Positions 9,973 to 19,339 of a stretch of DNA of 64,000 nt are shown piece by piece. Below the pieces are notes generated by a model. It did no database searches. It saw only the letters and a program-made list of their open reading frames with translations, and was not told the origin of the DNA. The position numbers and the translations under genes were made by a program. The stretch lies in the NCBI GenBank assembly GCA_963677895.2, contig CAXXGJ010000002.1, forward strand, positions 128,001-192,000, given 5' to 3'. Each line of letters starts with the position of its first letter. Position 1 is the first letter of the stretch. The stretch is from Treponemataceae bacterium (GTDB lineage: Bacteria; Spirochaetota; Spirochaetia; Treponematales; Rectinemataceae).

Positions 9973-11922
9973 TCATGAAAGTTTAAATAAAGTCTTCAGC
10001 GTCTCGATATTTCTTTCGTTGACCGTGAGGGATCCTTCCTTCGTATAGGAATAATCCAGCAGATCCTTGTAGACCTGCGATACCTTGAAGCGGACGATTT
10101 TCATGGTCGAGTTGACCGTGCCGTCCTTTTCGCCCAGCGCCGCGGGCAGTATCTGGAAGGCGGCGGGAACCCATGCCCTCTGCACTTTCTTGGCCTTGGG
10201 ATCGTTCTGGAAGGCGTAAAATTCGACGTTGAGCGATTCGCAAAGTTCCTTGGCCGTCTTTATGCCCTTGTCCTTGATAAATCGCTCAACTTTGGCCGCG
10301 TCGAGGGCGACGAGGGCGCAGGAGTACTTTTTATGGTCGCACCAGACCATGACCTGATCGATGAGGTCGGTGGAGGTGATGACGGCTTCCTCGATTTCCT
10401 CCGGGCTGTATTTCTCGCCGTCCTCGAAGATGAGGAGGGCTTTTTCGCGCCCGACCACGACGAGGAAGTCGTCTTCGTCCATGTAGCCCAGGTCCCCGGT
10501 CCACAGGCTGCCTTCGCGCAGCGCCTGGGCACTGGCCTCCGGATTCTTGAAGTAGCCTTTCATGACGTTTTCGCCGGTGATGACGATTTCGCCCGTGGTG
10601 CCGCGGGGCGCCTCGGTTCCGTCGGCCAGCATTATGCGGCACTTGAGCGACGGCGCGAGGATGCCTGAGGAACCGAACTTGTGGCGGGCTGGGACGTTGG
10701 CGGAGATGATGGGCGCGGCTTCCGTGAGGCCGTAGCCTTGGAAGACGGGGCAGCCCAGGGCGGCGAAGAATTCCTGCTGCTTCACGTCGAGGAGGGCGCC
10801 GCCGCCGACGCAGAAGAGGATCGAGTCGCCGAACACCGCTTTCTTGATCTTGTTGAAGACCAGGGCTTTAGCGAAGAAGTAGGGGAGGAAGGCTCCCGCT
10901 CTCGTGCCGAATCCGGGCTTGGCGAAACCGTCGCCGTTCCAGCGGATGCCCGCGGCGATCCCGGTCTTGAAGATTTTCTCTATGATGCCGCCCTTCTCCT
11001 CCATGGCCGCGATGATTTTCTTCATGAAGTTGCCGGACAGCGCCGGCACGGTGAAGAGGAAGGTGGGATTCACTTCCTTGAGGTTGAGGGGGATATTGCG
11101 CAGGGTGGCGATGCCGCCGCCGCGGGAATCGACGAAATAGAGGGCGATGCCGCGCACGAGGGCTGTGTAGATGCCTACGGTATGGGCGAAGGAGTGGTCG
11201 ACGGGAAGGATGAGGAGGGTCCGGTAGTGGGGGGGAAGCTCGAACATCTCTATGGCGTCGTGGCAGTTGCTCCAGTAGTTGAGGTGGGTGAGCATGATGC
11301 CCTTGGGGTTGCCGGTGGTGCCCGAGGTATAGGAAATCGTGATGACATCGTCCTCTTCGGTGCCGGCGTCAATCGCGTCGAGCCTGGCGGCCATTTCGGA
11401 TCCCCGCGCTTCGATGAGCTTCCGCCCTTCTTCCTCGGCCTGGGTGAATCCGATGAAGCGGTCGCCCGCTATGCCGTGTTTTTCGGCTTGGGCCCTGCCC
11501 CAGTCGGTATCCTCGTCGAGATAGACGAGCCTGATGGTCTCGCTGTCGGCCGAGTCCAGGGCGGAGAGCACCTTTTCCAGCTGGTTATGGGTGGTGAGGA
11601 AGCCTTTGGCCTCGGAATGATTGAGTCTGAAGGGGATTTCCTCGGCGAGCAGCTTGATGGAAAGAGGAACGGAAACGATGCCCGCGCACATGAGGCCATA
11701 CTCGCCGCAGATCCATTCGGGGCTGCCTTCCCCCAGGATGGCCATGGTGTCGCCTTTTCCGTAACCCTGAGAAATGAGCCAGGCGCCGAATCGGCGGGAT
11801 CTTTCGCGCGCCTGGGAGAAGGTGGTCGGCGCGTAGCCATTGTCGGTTTTTCTGAGCGCGTAAGGATCGTTTGCCCATTCCTTGGCGGCTTCATCGAGCA
11901 TGCGGAAGACTGTCCGTTTCAT
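9973..11922 (-). CDS. Long-chain fatty acid--CoA ligase (AMP-binding), paralog A
   Basis: YTSGTTGNPKG, QGYGLTE, TGDLG, GREK, STMKIVR; start reassigned to ATG 11922 after AGGAGA. Confidence 0.92.
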   Translation of the reverse strand: MKRTVFRMLDEAAKEWANDPYALRKTDNGYAPTTFSQARERSRRFGAWLISQGYGKGDTMAILGEGSPEWICGEYGLMCAGIVSVPLSIKLLAEEIPFRLNHSEAKGFLTTHNQLEKVLSALDSADSETIRLVYLDEDTDWGRAQAEKHGIAGDRFIGFTQAEEEGRKLIEARGSEMAARLDAIDAGTEEDDVITISYTSGTTGNPKGIMLTHLNYWSNCHDAIEMFELPPHYRTLLILPVDHSFAHTVGIYTALVRGIALYFVDSRGGGIATLRNIPLNLKEVNPTFLFTVPALSGNFMKKIIAAMEEKGGIIEKIFKTGIAAGIRWNGDGFAKPGFGTRAGAFLPYFFAKALVFNKIKKAVFGDSILFCVGGGALLDVKQQEFFAALGCPVFQGYGLTEAAPIISANVPARHKFGSSGILAPSLKCRIMLADGTEAPRGTTGEIVITGENVMKGYFKNPEASAQALREGSLWTGDLGYMDEDDFLVVVGREKALLIFEDGEKYSPEEIEEAVITSTDLIDQVMVWCDHKKYSCALVALDAAKVERFIKDKGIKTAKELCESLNVEFYAFQNDPKAKKVQRAWVPAAFQILPAALGEKDGTVNSTMKIVRFKVSQVYKDLLDYSYTKEGSLTVNERNIETLKTLFKLS

Positions 11923-12065
11923 TTTTCTCTCCTGAATTGCCACGCCGATAGAAATGCCCAGGGAATATCGATCCGCGCGGTTCCTAACCGTAGCACGAAG
12001 CGGGAATACGGTAAAGCGCATAATGTCGTCGTTGCTGAAACACGAAAAATTCTTGGCTTTTTTGA

Positions 12066-12094
12066 TTGACACGATCCGCCTTGTGATGGACAAT
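12066..12094 (+). promoter_or_regulatory. Sigma70-type promoter for the secreted hydrolase operon
   Basis: TTGACA(12066-12071)-17 bp-GACAAT(12089-12094). Confidence 0.6.
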
Positions 12095-12241
12095 CTTTTG
12101 AACTGATTCAGTATTGTATTGCGCCGCTTCCAACGAGGCCAACGTACGTACAAGTTCCGGAATAGAACACGCGTCGCTCATATCGGGGGTATCTTCACAA
12201 ACATCGCTCCGAATGGCGGCGCAACCTAAGGAAGGTTTTTC

Positions 12242-12793
12242 ATGAAACGAATCGCACTTATCTGCGCCCTCTTCGTCGCAGTCCTCGGCTCGGCCTTCGC
12301 TCAACAGACCACGGCATTCGCCGGAAAGCCCGCCGTGCTCACCGCCATCGGCCAGAGCGCCGATTTCGAGATGGTCAAGGTTCTGTTGACGAGGAACAAG
12401 ATATCCTTCAAGGCCGACACCCTGGTCAAGGCCGAAGGTCTCGACGGTTCGGCCCAGACGCTGATTCTCGTAGTCGGCGCCAGCTCGAAGGGTCTTGGAG
12501 CCGCGGGCATCAGCGCCGAGGCGGAGCTCGCGAGGACCAAGGCTCTCCTCAAGCGCGCCAAGGAATTGAAGATGAGCATCATCACCGTCCACGTCGGCGG
12601 CGCGGCCCGCAGAGGCGCCATGTCCGAGAGCTTGATTGAGCCGTGCATGGCTTCTTCCGACTACGCCATCGTCGTGGCGTCCGGCAACGAGGATGGCTTC
12701 TTCACGAAATTGGCCGCTAAGGCCAACATAGCGCTGACGTCGGTCGAGCGCATCTCAGCGGTCGGCGCCCCCCTGGCTGCGGCATTCAAATAA
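12242..12793 (+). CDS. Secreted DUF6305-like protein
   Basis: Signal peptide ending AFA; GQSAD, GASSKGLGAAG, HVGG..RRG and GNEDGFF motifs recalled for this family. Confidence 0.7.
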   Translation: MKRIALICALFVAVLGSAFAQQTTAFAGKPAVLTAIGQSADFEMVKVLLTRNKISFKADTLVKAEGLDGSAQTLILVVGASSKGLGAAGISAEAELARTKALLKRAKELKMSIITVHVGGAARRGAMSESLIEPCMASSDYAIVVASGNEDGFFTKLAAKANIALTSVERISAVGAPLAAAFK

Positions 12794-12803
12794 AGAGATA
12801 CGT

Positions 12804-13901
12804 ATGCTGAAACGTTTTTCGATCGCCCTGGCAGCGGCCTTGGTCTGTTTGAGCGCGATCGGCGCCCAGACCTCGACGGCCCAGGATCTCCATGGCCGCT
12901 ACCTCATAAACCACGATTATCGTCCGTCCTCCTCGCTGACGAAGACGGGCTGGCTGTCCGATTATTATCCCGAGCTTCTCGGCAGCCCCGGAGACAGCAA
13001 GGTCTATTTCTTCGAGGGAAAGACCCCCGGCGGCACCCTGTTTGTAGGCGGCGGAACCCACGCCAACGAGATCGCGGGCATCATGGCCGCGGTGACGATG
13101 CTCGAGACAGTGAAAATCGAGGTCGGGAGAGTCATCGTCGTTCCTAACCTGAATAACTCCGGCGTATCGAATCAGGAGAAGGAACCCACCATGCCCGCCT
13201 ATACCTCCCGCGGACCTTCCTGGATCGCCCTCGACACGCCAAGCGGACGGAGGTTTTTCAAGTACGGCTCCAGAGCCACCAGCAGCGCCCAGCAGGGCGT
13301 TCCCGACCCCGTCGGCGGCTACGTGCATCCCGACAGCAAGGAAGCCCCGCTCGCGGCCTGGGAATTCAGGAACCTCAACCGCTCCTATCCCGGCCGCACC
13401 GATTCCGGCCTGACGCAGAAGATAGCCTACGCCATCATGGCCCTTCTCAAGAAGGAGAAAGTCGATGTCGCCTTCGATTACCACGAGGCCGACGTGGGCG
13501 GCCGCCTGGCGAACATGATGGTAGCCAATCCCAAGAACCTCGATATCGCCGCCGCCGCGGTGGTCAACGTGGACCTGGACTACGGTTTCACGTTCAAGCT
13601 GGAACCTTCCAATATGGAATTCCGCGGGCTTTCCCACAGGGAATGGGGCGCCTGGACCGACGCGGCTTCCTTCCTGACCGAGACACCCAATCCTGCCATG
13701 GCGCACGAAGCCGACGACGGAGCCGACGTCGTCAACGACCCCAAAAATCCTCTCGCCTTGAGGGTGGCAACCCACCTGATAGCGACCGAGGCCGTCGTCA
13801 ACGTATTCAGCGAAGCGCATCCCGAAAAGAGCATCGTGTTCTCTGGCCTCCCCGCCTACGAGGATCTGCTCAAGAACGGGGTAGGACGCTATCTCAAGTA
13901 A
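12804..13901 (+). CDS. Secreted M14/succinylglutamate desuccinylase-aspartoacylase family Zn hydrolase 1
   Basis: Signal peptide; GGTHANE (HxxE), NLNRSYPG, DYHEA, TETPN. Confidence 0.85.
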   Translation: MLKRFSIALAAALVCLSAIGAQTSTAQDLHGRYLINHDYRPSSSLTKTGWLSDYYPELLGSPGDSKVYFFEGKTPGGTLFVGGGTHANEIAGIMAAVTMLETVKIEVGRVIVVPNLNNSGVSNQEKEPTMPAYTSRGPSWIALDTPSGRRFFKYGSRATSSAQQGVPDPVGGYVHPDSKEAPLAAWEFRNLNRSYPGRTDSGLTQKIAYAIMALLKKEKVDVAFDYHEADVGGRLANMMVANPKNLDIAAAAVVNVDLDYGFTFKLEPSNMEFRGLSHREWGAWTDAASFLTETPNPAMAHEADDGADVVNDPKNPLALRVATHLIATEAVVNVFSEAHPEKSIVFSGLPAYEDLLKNGVGRYLK

Positions 13902-13985
13902 AGGTCGAATCGCGAGCCGGCTTCTTTGGGGTCGGCTGATAGGCGGCGCATGGTTCGTCGCCCAGTTATTTCAGGAGGAGTCCAT

Positions 13986-15653
13986 ATGAAGATGAAAAGA
14001 AGCTTTATGTCGATAGCGCTCATCGCGCTATTGCTTTCAGGCAGCCTCGGAACGGCATTCGCCCAGAAAGCCGCCACCGTCATCCCCGAAGTCGTATCCA
14101 GCACGGGCATGGTCGCCGCGGCTCATCCGCTCGCTTCGCAGGCCGGTCTCGATATACTCAAAGCAGGCGGCAACGCCGTCGACGCCGTCGTGGCGACAGC
14201 CTTCGCCAACGGCGTTGTCGAACCCAACGCCAACGGTATCGGCGGGGAAGGCTATGTCGTCATCTATATGAAAGGAACCAACAAAGCGACTTCGATCGAC
14301 TATCGCAGCCGGGCTTCGTTCAACAAGGCGGCTGAAGGCGAAAAATGGCCCGCCGCGGGACACAGGGGCGTCGCCGTTCCCGGGACGGTAGCCGGACTCG
14401 CCTTGGCCTTGGAGAAATACGGAACGATGAGCCTCGCCCAGGTTCTCGAACCGGCCATCAAGCTGGCCGAGGAAGGCTTTGTCGTCAGCCCGACCCTCGC
14501 GGGCGTAATCTCCGACAACTACACGCGCGCTATGCCCAACAAATACCTGATGTCCATCATCGCCCCCGACGGCCTGCCCCTCGAAGCCGGCGACACCTAC
14601 AAGAACCCCGACCTCGCCAAGAGCCTGAGGCTTATCGCCAAGGAAGGCCCCGACGCTTTCTATAAGGGAGAAATCGCCAAGGCCATCGCGGCCGACATGA
14701 AGGCGAACAACGGACTCATCGACGAGAACGACCTGGCCCAGTACAAAGCCATCGAGCGCGAACCCGCCAGCGGCACCTACCGCGGCTACGACATCGTTTC
14801 GGCGCCGGCCCCCGTCGGAGGCTTCCTCCTCATCGAATCGCTGAACATGCTCGAAAACTACAACCTCAAGTTCCTGGGCTTCGATTCGGCCATGAAGCTT
14901 CACCTCTTCGCTGAGGTGCTGGCCAGGGCCTTTGACGACTACTACGACGTGCTCGGCGATCCCGACTATGTCGATGTTCCCATGAAAGCCCTGACCTCGA
15001 AGGGATACGCCAATGCCAAGGCCGCTTCCATCAAGCTGGACGCCATGACCACCAAATACGACAAGATCAATCCCAACAGCGAGCATTGGAGCACCACGCA
15101 CATGTCGGTGGTCGACAAGGACGGCAACGTGGTCGCCCTCACCCAGACCCTGTCCAGTTTCTACGGCGCCGCCGTGGCCGTTCCCGGCACGGGCGTCATC
15201 CTCAACAACGAGATGGGCAACTTCAACGGCAAGAAAGGCTCTTCGGCCTACATGCCTGGCAAGCGCATGAACACGACCATCGCCCCGACCCTCATCATGA
15301 AAGATGGCAAGTCCTTCGCGACGCTCGGAACCCCGGGAGCCATGAGGATCATCCCGACCCTGACCCAGATTGTCACCAACCTGATCGACTACGGCATGGG
15401 CATGCAGGAAGCCATCGAGGCTCCGCGCATGTACTGCACCTACCTCCAGGGCCCCGGCAAGACGACGATGGAACTGGAAGGCACGCTCTTCTCGGCCAAA
15501 ACCTCGGCCGACCTTGCCCTCCTCGGATACAAGGTAAAGAGCTACGATGGGCGCGACCTCTACTTCGGCGGCGTGCAGGGCATCATCATAAAGGATGGCA
15601 AACTGTACGGCGGAGCCGATCCCCGCAGAGACGGCGCCGTCTTCGGATACTGA
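13986..15653 (+). CDS. ggt: Secreted gamma-glutamyltransferase (Ntn hydrolase), lid-less CapD-like type
   Basis: AGGNAVDA, GIGGEG, AVPG, nucleophile STTHMSV, DPRRDG; ATG 13986 after AGGAGG; signal peptide. Confidence 0.93.
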   Translation: MKMKRSFMSIALIALLLSGSLGTAFAQKAATVIPEVVSSTGMVAAAHPLASQAGLDILKAGGNAVDAVVATAFANGVVEPNANGIGGEGYVVIYMKGTNKATSIDYRSRASFNKAAEGEKWPAAGHRGVAVPGTVAGLALALEKYGTMSLAQVLEPAIKLAEEGFVVSPTLAGVISDNYTRAMPNKYLMSIIAPDGLPLEAGDTYKNPDLAKSLRLIAKEGPDAFYKGEIAKAIAADMKANNGLIDENDLAQYKAIEREPASGTYRGYDIVSAPAPVGGFLLIESLNMLENYNLKFLGFDSAMKLHLFAEVLARAFDDYYDVLGDPDYVDVPMKALTSKGYANAKAASIKLDAMTTKYDKINPNSEHWSTTHMSVVDKDGNVVALTQTLSSFYGAAVAVPGTGVILNNEMGNFNGKKGSSAYMPGKRMNTTIAPTLIMKDGKSFATLGTPGAMRIIPTLTQIVTNLIDYGMGMQEAIEAPRMYCTYLQGPGKTTMELEGTLFSAKTSADLALLGYKVKSYDGRDLYFGGVQGIIIKDGKLYGGADPRRDGAVFGY

Positions 15654-15685
15654 TCGCCCACGGGTGATCGATTCGTTTTACATCG

Positions 15686-15716
15686 AAGGGGGCGGCCTTG
15701 AGGCCGCCCCCTTTTA
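15686..15716 (+). terminator. Rho-independent terminator after ggt
   Basis: aagggggcggcct-tg-aggccgccccctt followed by T-run. Confidence 0.8.
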
Positions 15717-15734
15717 TAGGAAGCTACCACAAGT

Positions 15735-16856
15735 ATGAAAATTACCTTTGCATGCCGGGCCATTGCTTGCCTCGCGCTGGCGGTCTTCACGGCCGTTCCT
15801 GCGGTCGCGCAGGCAGCCGCCGGAGCGGGGCAAGTCCCGCCCCGGAATCTAGCTTTCGACGCCGCCTTGGCCGAACAGAGGCCGGGATCGGCCGTCTCCA
15901 GGATAGGGGCGCTCTCCGATTATCTTCCCTCGCTCGCGGGCACGGCCATGGACAGCCCCGTCTATTTCATCGAGCCCTCCGCGCCGAGCTCCGAAGTGTC
16001 GAGTCCCGGACTTCCCGCCATCCTCATCCTGGGCGGCACGCACGGCAACGAGCTGGCCGGAACCGTGGCCGCTTCCCTCTTCGTCTCCTGGGCGCGGCCT
16101 GTCTCAGCTCGGCTCATCGTCATCCCCAGGGCAAATGCCTCGGCCGCGACCTGGCCGGATCCCGACAGGCCCGGACCCGCCTACGTCGCCATACAGGGGA
16201 GCTCGGGCGAGCGCCGTTTCCGGTACGGTTCGCGCCTGACCAAGCCCGGAGACGAGATAGTCTCCGATCCCCAGGCCTTTTTTCCCCAGGGTGCGGGTCC
16301 CGGAAAGGGCCTCTCCGGTCAGGAAGCGCGAAATCTCAACCGCAACTATCCGGGCGATCCCTCGGGCTCTCTCACCTCCAGGACGGCCGCAGCCATCTTC
16401 GCCCTCATCGGCAAGGAGAACGTCAGGGCTGCCTTCGATTTTCACGAGGCCGGCCCCTCCTCGGGTCTGGCCTGGGATATCGTCGCCCACTCCAAGAATA
16501 TCGGGTACGCCGCCATGGGCATCCTCGCGGCGGAAGACAGTGGCGTCAGCATGGTCCTCGACCAGTCGAGGGAAGAGCACAGGGGGCTTTCGCATCGCGA
16601 ATGGGGCGAAAGTACCCAGGCGGCGGCCTACCTGATCGAGACCCTGAACATGGGGCAGGTCGCGGGCGGGAATCCCGGCTTCGATCACCTGGGCGACGCC
16701 AAGACTCCTCTATGGAAAAGGGTGGGAATACAGATAGAGATAGTTCTCGCCATTCTCGAGGCTCATTCCGAGATGGACGAGTCCGCGGGCTGGGCCGCGA
16801 TAGAGGGAATGCCCGGCATCGAGGCACTGAAGCATGACTTTTCTCGATACTTCTGA
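15735..16856 (+). CDS. Secreted M14/AstE-AspA family Zn hydrolase 2 (paralog of 12804)
   Basis: Signal peptide; GGTHGNE, NLNRNYPG, DFHEA; RGLSHREWG shared with paralog. Confidence 0.85.
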   Translation: MKITFACRAIACLALAVFTAVPAVAQAAAGAGQVPPRNLAFDAALAEQRPGSAVSRIGALSDYLPSLAGTAMDSPVYFIEPSAPSSEVSSPGLPAILILGGTHGNELAGTVAASLFVSWARPVSARLIVIPRANASAATWPDPDRPGPAYVAIQGSSGERRFRYGSRLTKPGDEIVSDPQAFFPQGAGPGKGLSGQEARNLNRNYPGDPSGSLTSRTAAAIFALIGKENVRAAFDFHEAGPSSGLAWDIVAHSKNIGYAAMGILAAEDSGVSMVLDQSREEHRGLSHREWGESTQAAAYLIETLNMGQVAGGNPGFDHLGDAKTPLWKRVGIQIEIVLAILEAHSEMDESAGWAAIEGMPGIEALKHDFSRYF

Positions 16857-17244
16857 AACGCTGGCCAGGATCCTTGAAGCCCTGCCCCCCGGGCATAGGC
16901 TCAAGGAAGCGGCTTTGGGATTCACGGAACCTGCCGACGGGCTTCTCCAGGCCGAGGGAGAAGCGAAGAGGGTGAAGAATGCGCCGGGCTGGCCCGGCGA
17001 GCTTGGAATCCTAGCCGCTGCCGGAAATCAGTTTGATCGGTACCTTCTCTGGCTGGGCTCCAGGGCCGGAATGGAGGGCAGCCGACAGCTCGTTCTCTAC
17101 CCTCCTCCCGGAAGGTACAGGATAGAATACTGGACAAAAGGCGATGGCCGCCTTGAAGGCGTGGAGATCGGAACTTCCGCGCCCCTCGTGCTCGGCCCGC
17201 CGGGGAATGGGCCCTACATCGTTCTCATCCAAAGGCTGGCCTGA
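16834..17244 (+). CDS. Hypothetical protein
   Basis: 136-aa ORF overlapping the previous stop and filling the gap before prs; beta-rich C-terminus (PPGRYRIEYW). Confidence 0.55.
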   Translation: MTFLDTSETLARILEALPPGHRLKEAALGFTEPADGLLQAEGEAKRVKNAPGWPGELGILAAAGNQFDRYLLWLGSRAGMEGSRQLVLYPPPGRYRIEYWTKGDGRLEGVEIGTSAPLVLGPPGNGPYIVLIQRLA

Positions 17245-17269
17245 GGGAAGCTTTCCTTGCTCGTCAAGA

Positions 17270-17298
17270 TTGACAAGAGCATCGAGGCGGTATAAATT
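17270..17298 (+). promoter_or_regulatory. Sigma70-type promoter for prs
   Basis: TTGACA(17270-17275)-17 bp-TAAATT. Confidence 0.6.
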
Positions 17299-17333
17299 GG
17301 AATCAACCAATCCATTCCTAAGGCGGCGATCCC

Positions 17334-18680
17334 ATGAGTTATTCCGACCCAACGAAATTGGGCATTCTCGCTTGCCCCGGCGCCGAAGTGTTCACGGACC
17401 AAGTTGTCCGGAAACTGTCCGGGATTTACAAGCGACGATTCGACCGGAAAACCCAGGCCTTGGCTTCGCGATATCACATTAGCCAGGAACTGGCCATACG
17501 GAAGATCAACTTCTCCAACGACGCGAACTCCAGCCTCCTCTACATGCCCGGCCCCACGGACAAGTACAGAGCCCCCCGTTTCAAGATCAACGCCCAGCAC
17601 ACTTTTTTCGCCAATGGCGAGGTGAAGACGGAAATTCTCGAATCGGTGCGCGGCAAAGATCTCTACATCTTCCAGGACATCGAGAATCACCAGCCGATTT
17701 CATTCAACGACGGTTCGGTGAGCCGCGTCATGTCGGTGAACGACCATATTTTCAATCTATTCGTGGCCATCGACGCCGCGATGCAGGCGGGCGCCAACCG
17801 CATCAATCTCGTCCTGCCTATGTATCCCTATTCCCGCCAGCACAAGAAAAAGGGAAGGGAAGGACTCACCGCCGCCCGCGTGGGCGCCATGCTCGAAAAC
17901 CTCGGCGTATCCAGGATCATCACCCTGGACATCCACTCGAAGGAAATCGAAAACTGCTTCGATAAGCTGCGCCTCGAGAACCTCCACGCCTCCTTCCAGA
18001 TCATCGAAAAACTGATGTCCATCATCGATATACAGACCGAAGACCTCGTCGTCCTCGCGCCCGACACCGGCGCGGTGGACCGCAACAAGTTCTACGCCAA
18101 CGCCCTGAGGAGACCGCTCGCCCTCCTGTACAAGGAGAGGGACTACTCGAGGGTCAGCAAGAACGCCGCCGATTCCAACATCAAGGAAATGAGACTCCTG
18201 GGCAATGTCGAAGGCAAAACCGTCTTCATGGCCGACGACATGATCGGCACGGGCGGAACCCTCATCAAGGGAATGAAGAACCTGAAGGAGCTGGGCGCCG
18301 CCAGGGTCATATGCGCTGTTTCCCTGCCGCTGTTCAACGGCTCCGCCGTCGAGGATTTCGACGCGGCCTACAAGCAAGGCTATTTCTACAGGATAATCGG
18401 CACCAACGCCATCCATCACAAGGAACTCCTGCAGAAGGAATGGTATATACAGGCCGACGTCACCGGACTATTCGCGCAGATCATCAGCCTTCTCCATCAC
18501 GACCGATCCCTCTCCTCCCTGCTCGACAACAGGGACGTCGTGGCCAGGCTCATCAAGAAGCAGATGGACAAGGGCGAGGCGATACAGGGCAGCCTGGGGC
18601 TGACGACTCCACCCGCGGCCGGCAATGTCCAGACGCTTCCCGACGAAGTGATTCCCTACGGAGCCGCGGACAAGAAGTGA
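17334..18680 (+). CDS. prs: Ribose-phosphate pyrophosphokinase (spirochaete long form)
   Basis: FANGE, PYSRQ, LDIHS, APDTGA, PRPP-binding DDMIGTGGTL. Confidence 0.95.
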   Translation: MSYSDPTKLGILACPGAEVFTDQVVRKLSGIYKRRFDRKTQALASRYHISQELAIRKINFSNDANSSLLYMPGPTDKYRAPRFKINAQHTFFANGEVKTEILESVRGKDLYIFQDIENHQPISFNDGSVSRVMSVNDHIFNLFVAIDAAMQAGANRINLVLPMYPYSRQHKKKGREGLTAARVGAMLENLGVSRIITLDIHSKEIENCFDKLRLENLHASFQIIEKLMSIIDIQTEDLVVLAPDTGAVDRNKFYANALRRPLALLYKERDYSRVSKNAADSNIKEMRLLGNVEGKTVFMADDMIGTGGTLIKGMKNLKELGAARVICAVSLPLFNGSAVEDFDAAYKQGYFYRIIGTNAIHHKELLQKEWYIQADVTGLFAQIISLLHHDRSLSSLLDNRDVVARLIKKQMDKGEAIQGSLGLTTPPAAGNVQTLPDEVIPYGAADKK

Positions 18681-19339
18681 TCGTCCGCCGGCTTCCGGGC
18701 GACGTGGCCGCCCTCATTTTCGATATGGACGGCACCCTCTACACCCATGAGGCATACGGCCGCTATCAGGAGACGTCCCAGGTGGCGCGCCTCGCCCTGC
18801 ACCTGGGCATCCCTGAATTCGAGGCGGCCGTACTGCTGCAAAGGCAGCGCGAGGCGCGCCTCACCGCAGGCCTTCCCAAAACAAGCATGGCGAATCTCTT
18901 TCTCGACCTCGGCCGCGACCTGGGTTTCGCCATCGATATGGCCACCATCGTCCGCTGGCGCGTCGAGGAAATACGCCCCGCCGAATGGCTGACTCCCGAC
19001 CCCCGCCTCGACGAAACCCTTGCCGCGCTAACCCGGCGGTACCGCCTTGCCCTGCTCACCAACAATCCGCGAAGCGTCGGCGCGGCCAGTCTCGCCGCTC
19101 TCGGCATTGCCTCCCGATTCGAGGCCGTCATCGGCCTCGACGACAGCCTAGCGTCCAAACCTTCCCCGATACCCTTTCTCAAGACCTGCGAAATCCTCAG
19201 TCTTCCCCCCGCCGCCTGCGTCTCCATCGGCGACCGAGCGGACGTGGACATGGAGCCGGCCCTGGCTTTGGGGATGGGGGGAATACTGGTGGATGGCGTG
19301 GAAGATGTCTATCGTCTGCCCGAATTGCTCAGATGCTGA
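18677..19339 (+). CDS. HAD family hydrolase
   Basis: GTG overlapping the prs stop (GTGA); DMDGTLY, LTNN, SKP, IGDRADVD. Confidence 0.85.
   Translation: MIVRRLPGDVAALIFDMDGTLYTHEAYGRYQETSQVARLALHLGIPEFEAAVLLQRQREARLTAGLPKTSMANLFLDLGRDLGFAIDMATIVRWRVEEIRPAEWLTPDPRLDETLAALTRRYRLALLTNNPRSVGAASLAALGIASRFEAVIGLDDSLASKPSPIPFLKTCEILSLPPAACVSIGDRADVDMEPALALGMGGILVDGVEDVYRLPELLRC

Noticed and set aside
8055..12069. Long antisense or alternate-frame ORFs (e.g. 8055-9797, 10681-12069, 30843-32126, 46255-47964, 57025-58383, 62266-63705)
   Set aside because: They shadow well-supported genes, have no recognisable motifs, and are expected from high GC3 codon bias
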